Of a stretch of DNA of 64,000 nucleotides, positions 12,700-24,912 are shown in pieces (the stretch's first letter is position 1; every line of letters starts with the position of its first letter). Origin of the DNA: Squalus acanthias (lineage: Eukaryota); contig CM059427.1 of the NCBI GenBank assembly GCA_030390025.1, positions 33,418,001 through 33,482,000 of the forward strand, in the 5' to 3' direction. A model generated the notes under the pieces. That model worked only from the letters and a program-made list of their open reading frames with translations, did no database searches and had not been told where the DNA came from. A program made the position numbers and the translations under genes.

Positions 12700-13390
12700 A
12701 TACCTGCCATGAGGAGACCATTTGACAGGAAGAAGTAAATTAGAGAAGTCATCAGTGGGCCTATATAGGACTCCCTGTTAAGGAACCTGGCAAAATGAGA
12801 GTTCGGCTGGAACAGTAACTTAAGTGGATCAGAACCTCACTTCCAAGCTTCAGATTGGCTTTAAGCAGCTGACAGAAAAGTGGAGAGGAGGTGGGAAGGA
12901 AGCTTTATTATTACCGAACAGAGCTGCAAGAAGCAAACCTTATTAGTAAGTAATTATTCTGTTCGAGATGTCCACCGATTTTACTGATCAAGTCTCTTTA
13001 ATTCCTCATCATAGGTGGTGTACAAGAGTAGTGGAAAAAACAGACATGATTTGGGAAGCTATATTTCAGATTTACTGGCAATCTTACTGATGCCTGGAGA
13101 TTTCAATTTATAGTGTCTGGTGACGGTGTGAAATGAATGTCATGCAGCCACCCTGTAGATATCAGTGATTAATGAATAATGCCATTATATCCACAAAACT
13201 GTCAGCCTCTTAGTCGAGGAGGAGGAAGCTTCTCAGTTGATTAGCTTTCCAAAGAAATCACAACTTGAACTACCTTGAAAGAAAGGAATTGGGTCTCTCT
13301 TTTCTGGAGGGGAGGTCCATGCAAAAGAAACAGATGAACTTATTGGAGATGGTCTTGTTACCTCCCGTTTATGTCTAAAAACGGGACAGT
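12700..13390 (-). mobile_element. Degenerate DIRS1-like (tyrosine recombinase) retrotransposon remnant
   Basis: Minus strand 13163-13100 translates DIYRVAA*HSFHTVTRHYKL, resembling the DIRS YR C-terminal motif ICxAATWSSxHTFxRHYxL. Boundaries uncertain. Confidence 0.5.
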
Positions 13391-13419
13391 AGTATGACAA
13401 AAATCTCATGGAGCATTAA

Positions 13420-15344
13420 CCCACTGACTTACTGCTGGTTATTCACCATTTCGATTTTTGGCAGACCTCGATTTATGTCACCAGAGCTCCCGCCGGGGGC
13501 CTCGTTAATATATGCAAATCAGGGTCAAATTACGCAGTCAAGACCCCAACATCATTTTCATCTCTATCTGCATTCCTAGCACCAGTTCCTAAACCTACTC
13601 ACAAGCCATGCGTGGTACAAGTCAGGAGGTGGCTATCTGCAACTGTATTTCAGAAGATCCTCACTTATTCTCAGCTAAAATGCTGGAAAGTTTTGGGAGA
13701 TAATTTGCTTTTATTTCATTGTAGTTTTTGCTACTTAGACTGTTTTTAAGTGTTTCTAGTAGCTGTAGAACATTCTGAACCCTTAAGGGGTTTCTGGTAA
13801 TTCACTTTTTCCTTTATAGAGGTCCTTCTGGCAATTCTACTCGAGCTGGAGGATGAGGAGGAGGATCAGCAACAGGAGGAAGGAACAAACAGAACTGCAG
13901 CTGCACTAACAGTCCTGTTCAACATCTCACCCAGTCCTTCACCCTCAAATAAACTGTGTCTGCCCAATATACATGTCAATGAACATTGCAGGGTCACCAG
14001 GTACTACAGGAACACAGCAGAATTTTTTTCAAAAAGGCTTAGTATACTTGCTTACACTAATTATCACCCTTGTGTGAGCCCCGAGTGCCTGTCTTAAGTT
14101 CTCTCTTACCTACTGTAGATCATCTACGAGGTGCTCCCCCAGTGGCTGCAGTCAAGGGCTCATGAGATGTTTGTGGTTGGTGACCTCTAGGAGCTGAGGC
14201 CTGAGCAGGCCTGGCTGTAGACTGCACTGATCTGTGGGAGAACAGACTGTAGGAGATCCACGATCCAACTGAAGCCCCTATCCATTCAATCTTCCTGCTC
14301 AACTAAAGTTGACACCAGATCCTGCATTATCCCAGGATGAGCATCCCTGGGAGATATTGCTGCTGGTGCCAAAGACCACAAGTTGCCTGCAGAGTGTCGA
14401 AGTCAAGAACGAGAACCCCACACAAGCTGGTAGTGGACTACTCCATGCTCTCTAACATGTTTTGGAAACTTCCTGAGAGGCAGTGCAATGCATTCAGCAA
14501 TTGCTGGTGCACAGAAAGCAGGTTTTTTTTAAAAGGCTGAGCCTCCACTGCCTGCCTCTCCATCCTCTTCAGCAGGGCTAGTACTCGAGCTGGCCCTTTG
14601 GTAAGCTATTTCCTGGGTCGTCCTATTCACCTGCACCTGCTCCTGCTCATTTGTGCTCAGTGAATCACCAAATGCAGAACCACCCCCAGCTCACTATTTA
14701 AGCCGCCTAGGTTGATGGTAATTGGGGCAGTGAGAGCGAGTGACAGTCATCTTCAGGAGGATTCTCTCCTTCAGTCTGTGCTCCTGCAAGGCCCAAGTTG
14801 TCTGATGGATCTAGAAAAATGGAAGAGGAACAAGAGTTGAGATGTAGTGGTAAGGGTAAGCAGCTGAATGGTTGAACAATGCACCACCAGATTGCCGTGA
14901 GACAATTAATTCGAAATAGAAAAGGAAGGGAAGATGCCCAAACACGCTACTGTGCCTGGCCTCCAGCCTTGCCATTTCCAATGCTATGTGCCCTCAATCT
15001 GCCAATAATGTTTATAGAGGCAAGAGTGCCCTTACGGGACCCATAAGGAGCACTTAGACCTCCCGTGCTGCGATCTCACCAACCCACCTCGATCACAGCC
15101 GCCCACGCCCGGGGTGGCTTGACAGCTGATCCCACCGCTGTCGGTGAGCGGCCACTGGACTGCACAATTTTCCATTGCTTCCCTTCGACTACACACCCTG
15201 AACAGGTGAGAAGTTGTCCGGCTGAATTGAAATGTGTCCCGTCCGTTAATATTAGTTGTGTCTCATTCTGCCAGGGGAGGCGGAAATTTAACCCGGGGGT
15301 GTGGTTTTCCGCTTGAAACCCACTGGCAGTTAAAATTCATCCCC
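13420..15344. mobile_element. Degraded Harbinger element
   Basis: Ends in the TIR-like GTTAAAATTCATCCCC. Minus-strand remnants resemble Myb-gene exons 2-3 of the elements at 27929 and 61629. Confidence 0.5.
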
Positions 15345-15899
15345 AAAACTGCTGGAGTTCTACATAGTGAGTAGATTTTCGTCATGGTATTAGGGAAGCT
15401 GCTGCTGCTGTACACGAGTCTCCCTGCACTGATCCTAGCATAATATCTATTGATATCACTTTCCTAGAAAAGCTAGCATTCAATGCAAGAGTGTGGAGTG
15501 GCACGGGAGGGGGCCCCAACACAATAAAGGCTGTGACAGCGTTTGAACAAAGGACTTTGATTTCCATCGACATGGAGGCTGTCTTGAGGAGTTGGGGGCA
15601 GTTAAATGGAGTTAAGTTGCAGATAGCTATGATCCAATTGAATGGTGGAGCAGGCTAGAGGGGCTGAATGGCCTACTCCTGTTCTGCCACTGCTGAAAGT
15701 TAAAATCAGCCCTAAAGTGCTTAATCCACCCACCCGCCCCACACACTCCCAAGTCAAGAGCACCAATTGCAATTTCAGTAGCCACAGCAGCTGCCCTGGA
15801 ATGAAATCTATCAGGGTAAGCTTCTGTCGATAGGAAATCTGTGTTTTTCTCCATCAGTAAGTGTATGTCCTAAGGAGATATCCTCCATATGTGCGCAGA

Positions 15900-16720
15900 A
15901 GCACAGCTGAATGACAGATCCCTGCAACTACAAACAGAAAGCACTACAGTCTGTTACAGGGAACATCAGCTGCATCTCTCAGTTTGAACTACACAGCTCC
16001 ATTATGCAGGTCACTGATGCCCTGTTTGCCAGGGCTGTCCAGTCCCCTTGACCTCAACAGTCAACAAGCGAGAACTCAGGGATTTGCAGCAGTGGCTGGT
16101 TTCTCTCACGTTCAGGGTGTCATTGACTGCACACATGTTGCCACCAGGGCACCAGAACACCAGCCATCAGCATTCATCAATAGAAAAGGCTACCACTCCA
16201 TTAATGTCCCATAGAGTCTGATCAAATAAACAGGATCATGCAAGTATATGCACGGTACCCAGGCAGCTGTCACGATGCCTTTATCCTGAGAACAATCTAC
16301 CATCCTCCTAATATTCAACCCTCTCAGGAATGGGACAAGATGGCTACTGAGGGACAAGAGATACCTACTATACACGTGGCTCATGACACACTTCCACAAC
16401 CTCACCACGCCTGAGCAATACAGGTATACACAAAACCAAGGGAGAACCAGGATGATTATTAAGTAGAGCATAAGGCTGTTGAAGCAGAGGTTCAGGTGTC
16501 TGGACGGGACTGGAGGCTCCCTACAATATGTTCGACTAAGATGCTGCATTCTACACAACCTTGCCATCCACAGAGAGGCCTGTATTTGGAGGAGGCATAG
16601 CAGCAGCAGCAACCCTCATCGGATGAGGAAGACCGGGGAAAGGAGAGCAAGCAGCAGAAGAAGGTGGGCCACCTCAACGCCTTTCAGCAAGGGTTGAGTT
16701 AATTGCTCAGCGATTCTGGT
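15900..16720 (+). pseudogene. Harbinger (HARBI1-like DDE) transposase remnant
   Basis: GFAAVAGFSHVQGVIDCTHV...FINRKGYHSINV (15984-16214) and LKQRFRCLD..GGSLQY..CCILHNLA (16479-16697); multiple stops and frameshifts. Confidence 0.85.
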
Positions 16721-17993
16721 GACCTGCTCATTCCCCTGCCCTGAAAACTAACACAAAGTCACTCTACATTAACAGTCTTTGTTATATCTTTCGCCACTCC
16801 CTGAATCCTGCATTAAAGAACATTCAAACCATTCAGACAACTTCTATATCAACGACATACTGACAATGCAAACTCAAATTGTGATTTTGTGTCTGTCTTC
16901 ACAGTAGAAGACACAAAGAACATACAGGAAACCATGAGGAACCAAGGGTCTAATGAGAGTGAGGAACTTAAAGTAATTAAGATTGGTAAAGAAAAAGTAC
17001 TGGAGAAATTAATGGGACTAAAAGCTGACAAACCCCCAGGACTTGATCGCCTACACCCATGGGTTTCAAAAGAGGTGGCTGCAGAGATAGTGGTCAGAAT
17101 CTTAAGTTTTTGACAAGGGGGGGCACCCAGTAAAGCACGGGAAACCCCGAGTCTGGGTTTCCCCACATGCTGTGGAGTTTTTTTGAGGGTGTAACTAGCA
17201 GGGTAGATAAGGGGGAACCAGTGGATGTAGTATATTTGGATTTTCAAAAGACTTTCAATAAGGTGCCACACAAGAGGTTGTTACATATGATTAGGGCCCA
17301 TGGGATTGGGGGTAATATATATAAGCAGAAATTGAGGATTGGTTAACAGACAGAAAACAGAGTGTAGGAATAAACAGGTCATTTTCGGGATGGCAGGGTG
17401 CAATTAGTGGAGTGCCACAAGGATCAGTGCTTGGGCCTCAGCTATTTATAATTTATATCAATGATTTAGATGACGGGACCGAGTGTAATGTATCCAAGTT
17501 TACTGACGATATAAAGCTAGGTGGGAAAGTAAGCTGTAAGGAGAATGCAAAGAGGCTGCAAGGAGATATAGATCGGTTAAGTGATTGGGCAAGAAGGTGG
17601 CAGATGGAGTATAATGTGGATAAGTGTGAAATTATCCACTTTGGTAGGAACAATGGAAAAGCAGAATATTTTTAAAAAGGTGTGAGACTAGTAAATATTG
17701 GGATGCAGAGAAATTTGGGGGTCCTTGTACACGAATCACAGAAAGTTAACATGCAGGTACAGCAAGCAATTAGGAAGGCAAATGGTATGTTAGCCTTTAT
17801 TGCAAGGGGGTTGGAGTATAAGAGTAAGGAAGTCTTGCTGCAATTATATAGGGCTTTGGTGAGACCACACTTGGAGTACTGTGCACAGTTTTGGTCTCCT
17901 TACCGAAGGAAGGATATACTTGCCTTGGAGGGGGCGCAACGAAGGTTCACTAGATAGGTTCCTGGGATGAAAGGGCTGTCCTATGAGAAGAGA

Positions 17994-20900
17994 TTTTTTT
18001 TTTTATTCGCTTATGGGATCTGGGCATCGCTGGCAAGGCCAGCATTTATTGCCCATCCCTAGTTGCCCTTGGGAAGGTGGTGGTGAGCCACCTTCTTGAA
18101 CCACTGCAGTCCGTGTGGTGAAGGCACTCCCACAGTGCTGTTAGGTAGGGAGTTCCATGATTTTGATCCAGTGACGATGAAGGATCGGCGATATACTTCT
18201 AAGTCAAGATGGTGTGAGACTTGGAGGGGAACTTGGAGGTGGTGGTGTTCCCATGCGCCTGCTGCCCTTGTCCTTCTAGGTGGAAGAGGTCGCAGGTTTG
18301 GGAGGTGCTGCCGAAGAAGCCTTGGCGAGTTGCTGCAGTGCATCTTGTAGATGGTACACACTGCAGCCATGGTATGCCAGTTGTGGAGGGAGTGAATGTT
18401 TAAGGTGGTGGATGGGGTGCCAATCAAATGGGCTGCTTTGTCCTGGATGGTGTCGAGCTTCTTGAGTGTTGTTGCAGCTGCACTCATCCAGGCAAGTGGG
18501 GAGTATTCCATCACACTTCTGACTTATGCCTTGTAGATGGTGGAAAGGCTTTGGGGAGTCAGGAAGAGAGACACTCGCCGCAGAATACCTAGCCTCTGAC
18601 CTGCGCTTGTTGCCACAGTATTTATGTGGCTGGTCCAGTTAAGTTTCTGGTCAATGGTGACCCCCAGGATGTTGATGGTGGGGGATTCGGCGATGGAAAT
18701 GCCGTTGAATGTAAAGGGGCGGTGGTTAGACTCTCACTTGTTGGAGATAGTCATTGCCTGGCACTTGTGTGGTGCGAATGTTACCTGCCACTTATCAGCC
18801 CAAGCCTGAACGTCGTCCAGGTCTTGTTGCATGTGGGCATGGACTGCTTCATTATCTGAGGAGTTGTGAATGGCACTGAACACTCTGCAGTCATCAGCGA
18901 ACATCCCCATTTCTGACCTTATGTTGAAGGGAAGGTCATTGATAAAGCAGCTGAAGATGGTTGGGCCTAGGACACTGCTCTGAGGAACTCCTTGCATTGA
19001 TGCCCTGGGGCTGTGATGATTGACCTTCAATCACCACAACCATCTTCCTTGTGCTAGGTATGACTCCAGCCAGTGGAGCGTTTTCCCCCTGATTCCCATT
19101 GACTTCAGTTTTACTCAGGCTCCTTGATGCCACACTTGGTCAAATGCTGCCTTGATGTCAAGGACAGTCACTCTCACCTCACCTCTGGAATTCAGCTACT
19201 TTGTCCATGTTTGGACCAAGGCTGTAATGAGGTCGGGAGCCGAGTGGTCTTGGCGGAACCCAAACTGGGCATCAGTGAGCAGGTTATTGGTGAGTAAGTG
19301 CCGCTTGATAGCACTGTCGATGACACCTTCCATCACTTTGCTGATGATTGAAAGTAGACTGATGGGGCAGTAATTGGCCGGGTTGGATTTGTCCTGCTTT
19401 TTGTGGACAGGACATACCTGGGCAGTTTTCCACATTGTCGGATAAATGCCAGTGTTGCAGCTGTACTGGATCAGCTTGGCTAGAGGCGCGGCTAGTTCTG
19501 GAGCACAAGTCTTCAGCACGACAGCCGGGATGTTGTCGGGGCCCACAGCGTTTGCTGTATCCAGTGCGCTCAGCTGTTTCTTGATATCACGTTGATTGAA
19601 TCGAATTGGCTGAAGACTGACTTCTGTGATGGTGGGGACCTCGGAAGTAGGCCGATATGGATCATCCACTCGGCACTTCTGGCTGAAGATGGTTACAAAC
19701 GCTTCAGCTATGTCTTTTGCACTCATGTGCTGGGCTCCACCATCATTGAGGATGGGGATATTCATGGAGCCTCCTCTTCCTGTTAGTTGTTTAATGGTTC
19801 ACCACCATTCACGACTGGAGGTGGCAGGGCCGCAGAGCTTTGATCTGATCCATTGATTGTGGGATCGCTTAACCCTGTCTATAGCATGCTGCTTCTGCTT
19901 TTTAACATGCATGTAGTCCTGTGTTGCAGCTTCCCCAGGTTGGCACCTCATTTTTAGGTATGCCTGGTGCTGCTCCCGGCATGCTCTTCTGCACTCCTTA
20001 TTGAACCAGGGTTGGTCCCCTGGCTTGGTGGTTATGGTAGAGTGAGGGATATGCCGGGCCATGAGGTTACAGATTGTGATGGAATACAATTCTGCTGCTG
20101 CTGATGGCCCACAGCGCCTCATGGATGCCCAGTTTTGATCTGCTAGATCTGTTCTGAATCTATCCCATTTAGCACGGTGGTAGTGCCACACAACACGATG
20201 GAGGCTGTCCTCAGTGTGAAGACGGGATTTTGTCTGCACAAGGACTGTGCGGTGGTCACTTCTACCATTACTGTCATGGACAGATGCATCTGCGACAGGT
20301 AGATTGGTGAGGATGAGGTCAAGTAGGTTTTTCCCTCGTGTTGGTTCTCTCACCACCTGTCGCAGGCCCAGACTGGCAGCTATGTCCTTCAGGACTCGGC
20401 CAGCTCGGTCAGTAGTGGTGCTACCGAGCCACTCTTGGTGATGGACATTGAAGTCCCCCACCCAGAGTACATTCTGTGCCCTTGCTACTCTCAGTGATTC
20501 TTCCAAGTGGTGTTCAACATGGAGGAGCACTGATTCATCAGCTGAGGGAGAGCAGTAGGTGGTAATCAGCAGGAGGTTTCCTTGCCCATGCTTGATCTCA
20601 TGCCATGAGACTTCATGGGGTCTGGAGTCAATGTAGAGGACTCCCAGGGCCACTCCTTCCCGTCTGTATACCACTGTGCCACCACCCCTGGTGGGTCTGT
20701 CCTGCCGGTGGGACAGGACATACCCAGGAATGGTGATGGAGGAGTTTGGGACATTGGCTGAAAGGAATGATTCTGTGAGTATGACTATGTCAGGCTGTTG
20801 CTTGACTAGTCTATGCGACAGCTCTCCCAATTTTGGCACAATTCCCCAGATGTTGGTGAGGAGGACTTTGCAGGGTTGACTGGGCTGGGTGTGCCGTTGC

Positions 20901-21105
20901 CATGTCCGTAGCCAGTGCCAAGGTCGATGCCGGGTGGTCCGTCCGGTTTCATTCTTATTATGTTTCGTAGCAGTTAGTTACAACTGAGTGACTTGCTAGG
21001 CCATTTCAGAGGGCAGTTAAGAGTCAACCACATTGCTGTGGGTCTGGAGTCACATATAGGCCAGAACAGGTAAGGACGGCAGATTTCCTTCCCTAAAGGA
21101 CATAG
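17994..21105 (-). mobile_element. LINE-B, ~3.1-kb copy with APE and RT (frameshifted)
   Basis: ORF 19799-20839 is APE (ILTES, GDFN, LDLIL, SDH); 19196-19765, 18734-19030 and 18059-18514 are RT pieces. Poly(T) at 17994 is the tail. Confidence 0.9.
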
Positions 21106-21284
21106 TAGAGTAGAATAGACATATATTCTCAGGAGTTTAGAAGAATGAGAGGTGATCTGATTGAAATGTATAAAATTCTTAGACGATGATAGCAAAATAC
21201 TGCGGATGCTGGAAATCCGAAATAACAACAGAAAACGCTGGAAAAACTCAGCAGGCCAGGCAGCATCCATGGAGAGAGAAACAG

Positions 21285-21321
21285 AGTTTACGTTTCAGGT
21301 CGAAGACCTTTCATCAGAACT
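21285..21321 (-). ncRNA. Minimal type I hammerhead ribozyme in the PLE 3' terminal repeat
   Basis: Minus strand AGUU-CUGAUGA-A-AGGUC-UUC-GACCU-GAAA-CG-UA-AACU: perfect 5-bp stem II, 4-bp stem I, UA cleavage site. Confidence 0.75.
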
Positions 21322-21640
21322 GGAAAAAAGCAGGAAATGAAATAGATTTTAAAGCAAGTTTAGAGGCTGGGAAAAGGGGGAGGGGATTAAAGAACAAAAG
21401 GGAAGGTCAGTGATAGGATAGAAAGCAAGAGAGATTAAGAGACATTGAGAGACATTAAGAGATATTCAAGGCAAGAGGAGGTGGAAATGGGACAGGTTGA
21501 GGAACAAAGGATGGCTTTAGATGAAGTGTGAATTGTGCTGGCAGAATGAAGGACAGCTGCCATGTGGGAGGGAAGAAAAAAAGGCCAAACAAAAGTGTGG
21601 AAAAATATATATATATATAGATATATGATAGGGGCCGAGG

Positions 21641-23272
21641 TTATGATCTGAAATTGTTGAACTCTATGTTGAGTCCAGAGGGCTGTAGAGTGCCTAATCG
21701 AAAGATGAGGTGCTGTTCCTCGAGCTTACGCTGAGCTTCCGTGGAACAATGCAAGAGGCCGAGGACGGTGAGGTCAGAGTGGGAGTGAAGCGGTGAATTA
21801 AAGTGACAGGCCACCGTGAGCTCGGGGTCCCCCTTGCGGACTGAACAGAGGTGTTCCACAAAGCGGTCACCCAATCTGCGTTTGATCTCCCCAATGTAGA
21901 GGAGACCACATCGTGAGCAGCGAATACAGTATACTAAATTGCAGGAAGTACAAGTAAATCGCTGTTTCACCTGGAAGGGGTGTTTGGGGCCCTGGACAGT
22001 GGGAAGGGGGGAGGTATAAGGGCATGTGTTGCATCTCCTGCGCTTGCACGGGAAGGTGCCGGGCGAAGGGAAAGGGGTGTTGGGGGTGATAGAGGAGTGG
22101 ACTAGGTTGTCGCGGAGGGAGCGGTCCCTGCGGAATGCTGAAAGGGGAGGTGAGGGGAAGATGTGTTTGGTGGTGGGATCACGCTGGAGGTGGTGGAAAT
22201 GGCGGAGGATGATCCATTGAATGTGGAGGCTGGTGGGGTGAAAGGTGAGGACAAGGGGAACTCTATCGTGGTTCCGGGAGGGAGGGGCAGGGGTGAGGGC
22301 AGAAGTGCCAGAGACAGAACGGACACGGTCGAGGGCCGTGTCAACCACAGTAGAGGGGAATCTTCGGTTGAGAAAAAAGGAAGACATGTCGGAAACACTG
22401 GTATGGAAGGTGGCATCGTCAGAGCAGATGCGGTGGAGACGGAGAAACTGGGAGAATGGAATAGAGTCCTTACAGGAAGCGGGGTGGGAGGAAGTGTAGT
22501 CGAGGTAGCTGTGGGAGTCAGTGGGCTTGTAGTGAATGTTGGTCAATAACCTATCCCCAGAGATGGAGAAGGAGAAGTCGAGGAAGGGAAGGGAAGAGTC
22601 GGAGATGGACCATATGAAGGTGAGGGAAGGGTGGAAATTGGAAGCATAGTGAATGAAATTATCTAGTTCAGGGTGAGAGCAGGAGACGGCACCGATACAG
22701 TCATCAATGTACCGGAAAAAGAGGTGAGGGAGGGGACCCGAGTAGGACTGGCACAAAGAGTGTTCCACATATCCCACGAAAAGGCAGGCATAGCTAGGAC
22801 CTATGCGGGTACCCATAGCAACACCTTTGATTTGGAGGAAATGAGTGGAGTCAAAGGAGAAGTTGTTCAATGTGAGAACAAGTTCAGCCAGGCGGAGGAG
22901 GGTGGTGGTGGATGGGGACTGGTTTGGCCTCTGTTCAAGGAAGAAGCAGAGCGCCCTCAGGCCATCCTGGTGGGGGATGGAGGTGTAGAGGGATTGTACG
23001 TCCACAGTGAAAAGGAGGCGGTTGGGTCCGGGAAACTGGAAACTGTTAAAGTGGCGGAGGGCGTCGGAAGAGTCGTGGATGTAGGTGGGAAGAGACTGGA
23101 CAAGGGGAGAAAAAATAGAGTTGAGATAGGAAGAGATAAGTTCCGTGGGGCAAGAACAGGCTGAAACGATGGGTCTACCAGGGCAGTCCTGTTTGTGGAT
23201 CTTGGGAAGGAGGTAGAAGCGGGCTGTGCGGTGTTGGGGAACTATGAGGTTGGCGGCCGTGGGGGGAAGATC
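21641..23272 (-). CDS. PLE reverse transcriptase / GIY-YIG endonuclease, open frame of 543 codons lacking its N-terminus
   Basis: The listed 454-aa ORF extends 89 more open codons to 23272 (RFYLLPKIHK..GRPIVS). Motifs: DVQSLY, GVAMG, RYIDD, CKRRRCNTC finger, VYCIRC..LLYIGE..R..EH. Confidence 0.9.
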   Translation of the reverse strand, partial: DLPPTAANLIVPQHRTARFYLLPKIHKQDCPGRPIVSACSCPTELISSYLNSIFSPLVQSLPTYIHDSSDALRHFNSFQFPGPNRLLFTVDVQSLYTSIPHQDGLRALCFFLEQRPNQSPSTTTLLRLAELVLTLNNFSFDSTHFLQIKGVAMGTRIGPSYACLFVGYVEHSLCQSYSGPLPHLFFRYIDDCIGAVSCSHPELDNFIHYASNFHPSLTFIWSISDSSLPFLDFSFSISGDRLLTNIHYKPTDSHSYLDYTSSHPASCKDSIPFSQFLRLHRICSDDATFHTSVSDMSSFFLNRRFPSTVVDTALDRVRSVSGTSALTPAPPSRNHDRVPLVLTFHPTSLHIQWIILRHFHHLQRDPTTKHIFPSPPLSAFRRDRSLRDNLVHSSITPNTPFPSPGTFPCKRRRCNTCPYTSPLPTVQGPKHPFQVKQRFTCTSCNLVYCIRCSRCGLLYIGEIKRRLGDRFVEHLCSVRKGDPELTVACHFNSPLHSHSDLTVLGLLHCSTEAQRKLEEQHLIFRLGTLQPSGLNIEFNNFRS

Positions 23273-23676
23273 AGGGTAGATGCTGAGAGGCTATTTCCCC
23301 CGACTGGAGAATCTAGAACTAGGGGTCATAGTCTCAGGATAACGGGTCGGCCTTTTAGGACTGGGATGAGGAGAAATGTCTTCACTCAGAGGGTTGTGAA
23401 TCTTTGCAATTCTCCACCCCAGAGGACTGTGGATGTTCAGTCGACGAGTATATTCAAGGCAGAGATTGGTAGATTTTTGGGCACTAAAGGAATTAAGGGC
23501 TATGGGATTAGGGCGGAAAAGTGGAGTTGATGTAGAAGTTCAGCCATGATCTTATTGAATGGCGGAGCAGACTCGAGGGGCCGTGTTGCCTACTCCTGCT
23601 CCTATTTCTTATGTTCTTATGTTCTTAGAAGCTGTTATTAAACCACACTGCAGACCAAAGTGCCAAATGTGATAAA

Positions 23677-24600
23677 GGGGATGAATTTAATTCCCAACAC
23701 AATAATTGCCTTCCATTCATTCCTCACCCAAATGTCAAGCCATGGTGCCTTTCTTATAAGGTTTCCTAACTCTACTACTCCTATGAAGTGCTCTATAGTG
23801 GCCTCAGCATAGCTGAGGGTGGCTGTTGTTCTTCATGTTGGGACCCTTATGATGCTCATGGCCAGTGACTTATGGGTGCTTGAGCCTGTGAGGGCCCGGC
23901 TGCAAACTGCTGCACCTCAGCGGCTGCTAGTGCTGTCTGGTCTAGCTGGCTTCCTGGCGCCATGATGGTTATTGAAAGTCATCTCTGTCCTGCTCAGCAG
24001 AGCTGTGAGAAGACCTGGGCTGTCCCTGCCACCAGTACCTGCTACTGCTCACTTGTGCTGGGTGGACATGAAGAGCTGTACTCACCCTTGTTGCTCTTGT
24101 AAGATCATTGAATCTTTTCTTACACTGACACCAGATCCTGGGGGTGTTGCTGCTGGCACTGACTCTGTCAGCTACCTCTGTCCAGGCCTGCTTAAGTGTG
24201 GCCCTGAGAATGCTCCTGCGAGGTGTTCGGGAACAATACCTCCCTCCTTGCTCTGATCCCCTCCACCAGGATCTCCAGGGAGGCAACAGATAACCTGGGG
24301 GAAGCCCTTCAACTCATTTCTGCAGCCACAATTGTTTATAGTGCTGTTCAAACTACATTCAAAGCAGGTAAAGCAACCTCACTTTAAGAAGTCCATTCTT
24401 GCTTTAAATAGGCCTCTGGAGGCTCGCCGGAAATTGCACGCGTCAGGTGGGCACTATCGGGTGAGCAGCCCCTCGATCATATTGAAATGAGGCCCAGGGG
24501 TTAAAATCGCCCAGGCCTCTCGCTCACAACATCATGAGGGCTTAAAGCTCCCCTCACATCCCCTGGATGTCCAATTCGCACGGCAAGTTAAAATTGGAGC
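23677..24600 (-). mobile_element. Deleted Harbinger element with Myb/SANT exon 1
   Basis: ORF 23969-24286 contains LKQAWTEVADRVSASSNTPRIWCQCKKRFNDLTRATR followed by a GTGAGT donor; degenerate TIR-like ends. Confidence 0.7.
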
Positions 24601-24912
24601 TAACTTTTGCTCTTCCAGTTAAGGCAGCACTCAGAGCATGACCTCAGGAATTATATATACGTACAAATGCATGACTAACAAATACTATAAAGATCTATTG
24701 ATCAGGTCAAACATATGCACTAAAGGCCCACATATCATGGGGGTGCATCCGGATATAAGTGCCAGGATGTGCCTGCTGGGAACTGCTGCCACTGACCCTG
24801 GTGGATGTTTCAGGGTGATTATCCGTCAGAAAACTGAAATGCCAGGGATATGGAAACTCTCAGTGTTGGGAATCCCCGCCGTCTTCCTATGTTGCTGACC
24901 TATTTTGGGGTA

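Larger units (their letters stand above)
21185..23272 (-). mobile_element. Penelope-like element (probably Neptune group), 5'-truncated
   Basis: RT plus GIY-YIG ORF followed by a terminal repeat carrying a hammerhead motif; inserted in CR1. Confidence 0.92.
16885..23627 (+). mobile_element. CR1 ORF2 3' half hosting two nested insertions
   Basis: CR1 pieces 16885-17993, ~21106-21184 and 23273-23627 are colinear (SYEKRL|SRID..EFRRMRGDLIE|RVDAERLFP..TRGHSL). Ends in (CTTATGTT)n. Confidence 0.85.

Noticed and set aside
15900-16720. Possible domesticated HARBI1 host gene
   Set aside because: Multiple stops and frameshifts, and several similar decayed copies in the window, indicate a transposon fossil.
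21420-21470. Short spaced repeats (GAGACATTAA-like) superficially resembling an array
   Set aside because: Simple tandem duplication inside the PLE 3' region, with no unique spacers, in a eukaryotic context; not CRISPR.
22673-23530. Plus-strand ORFs of 163 and 111 aa
   Set aside because: Antisense shadows of the PLE ORF, partly reading into the CR1 tail.
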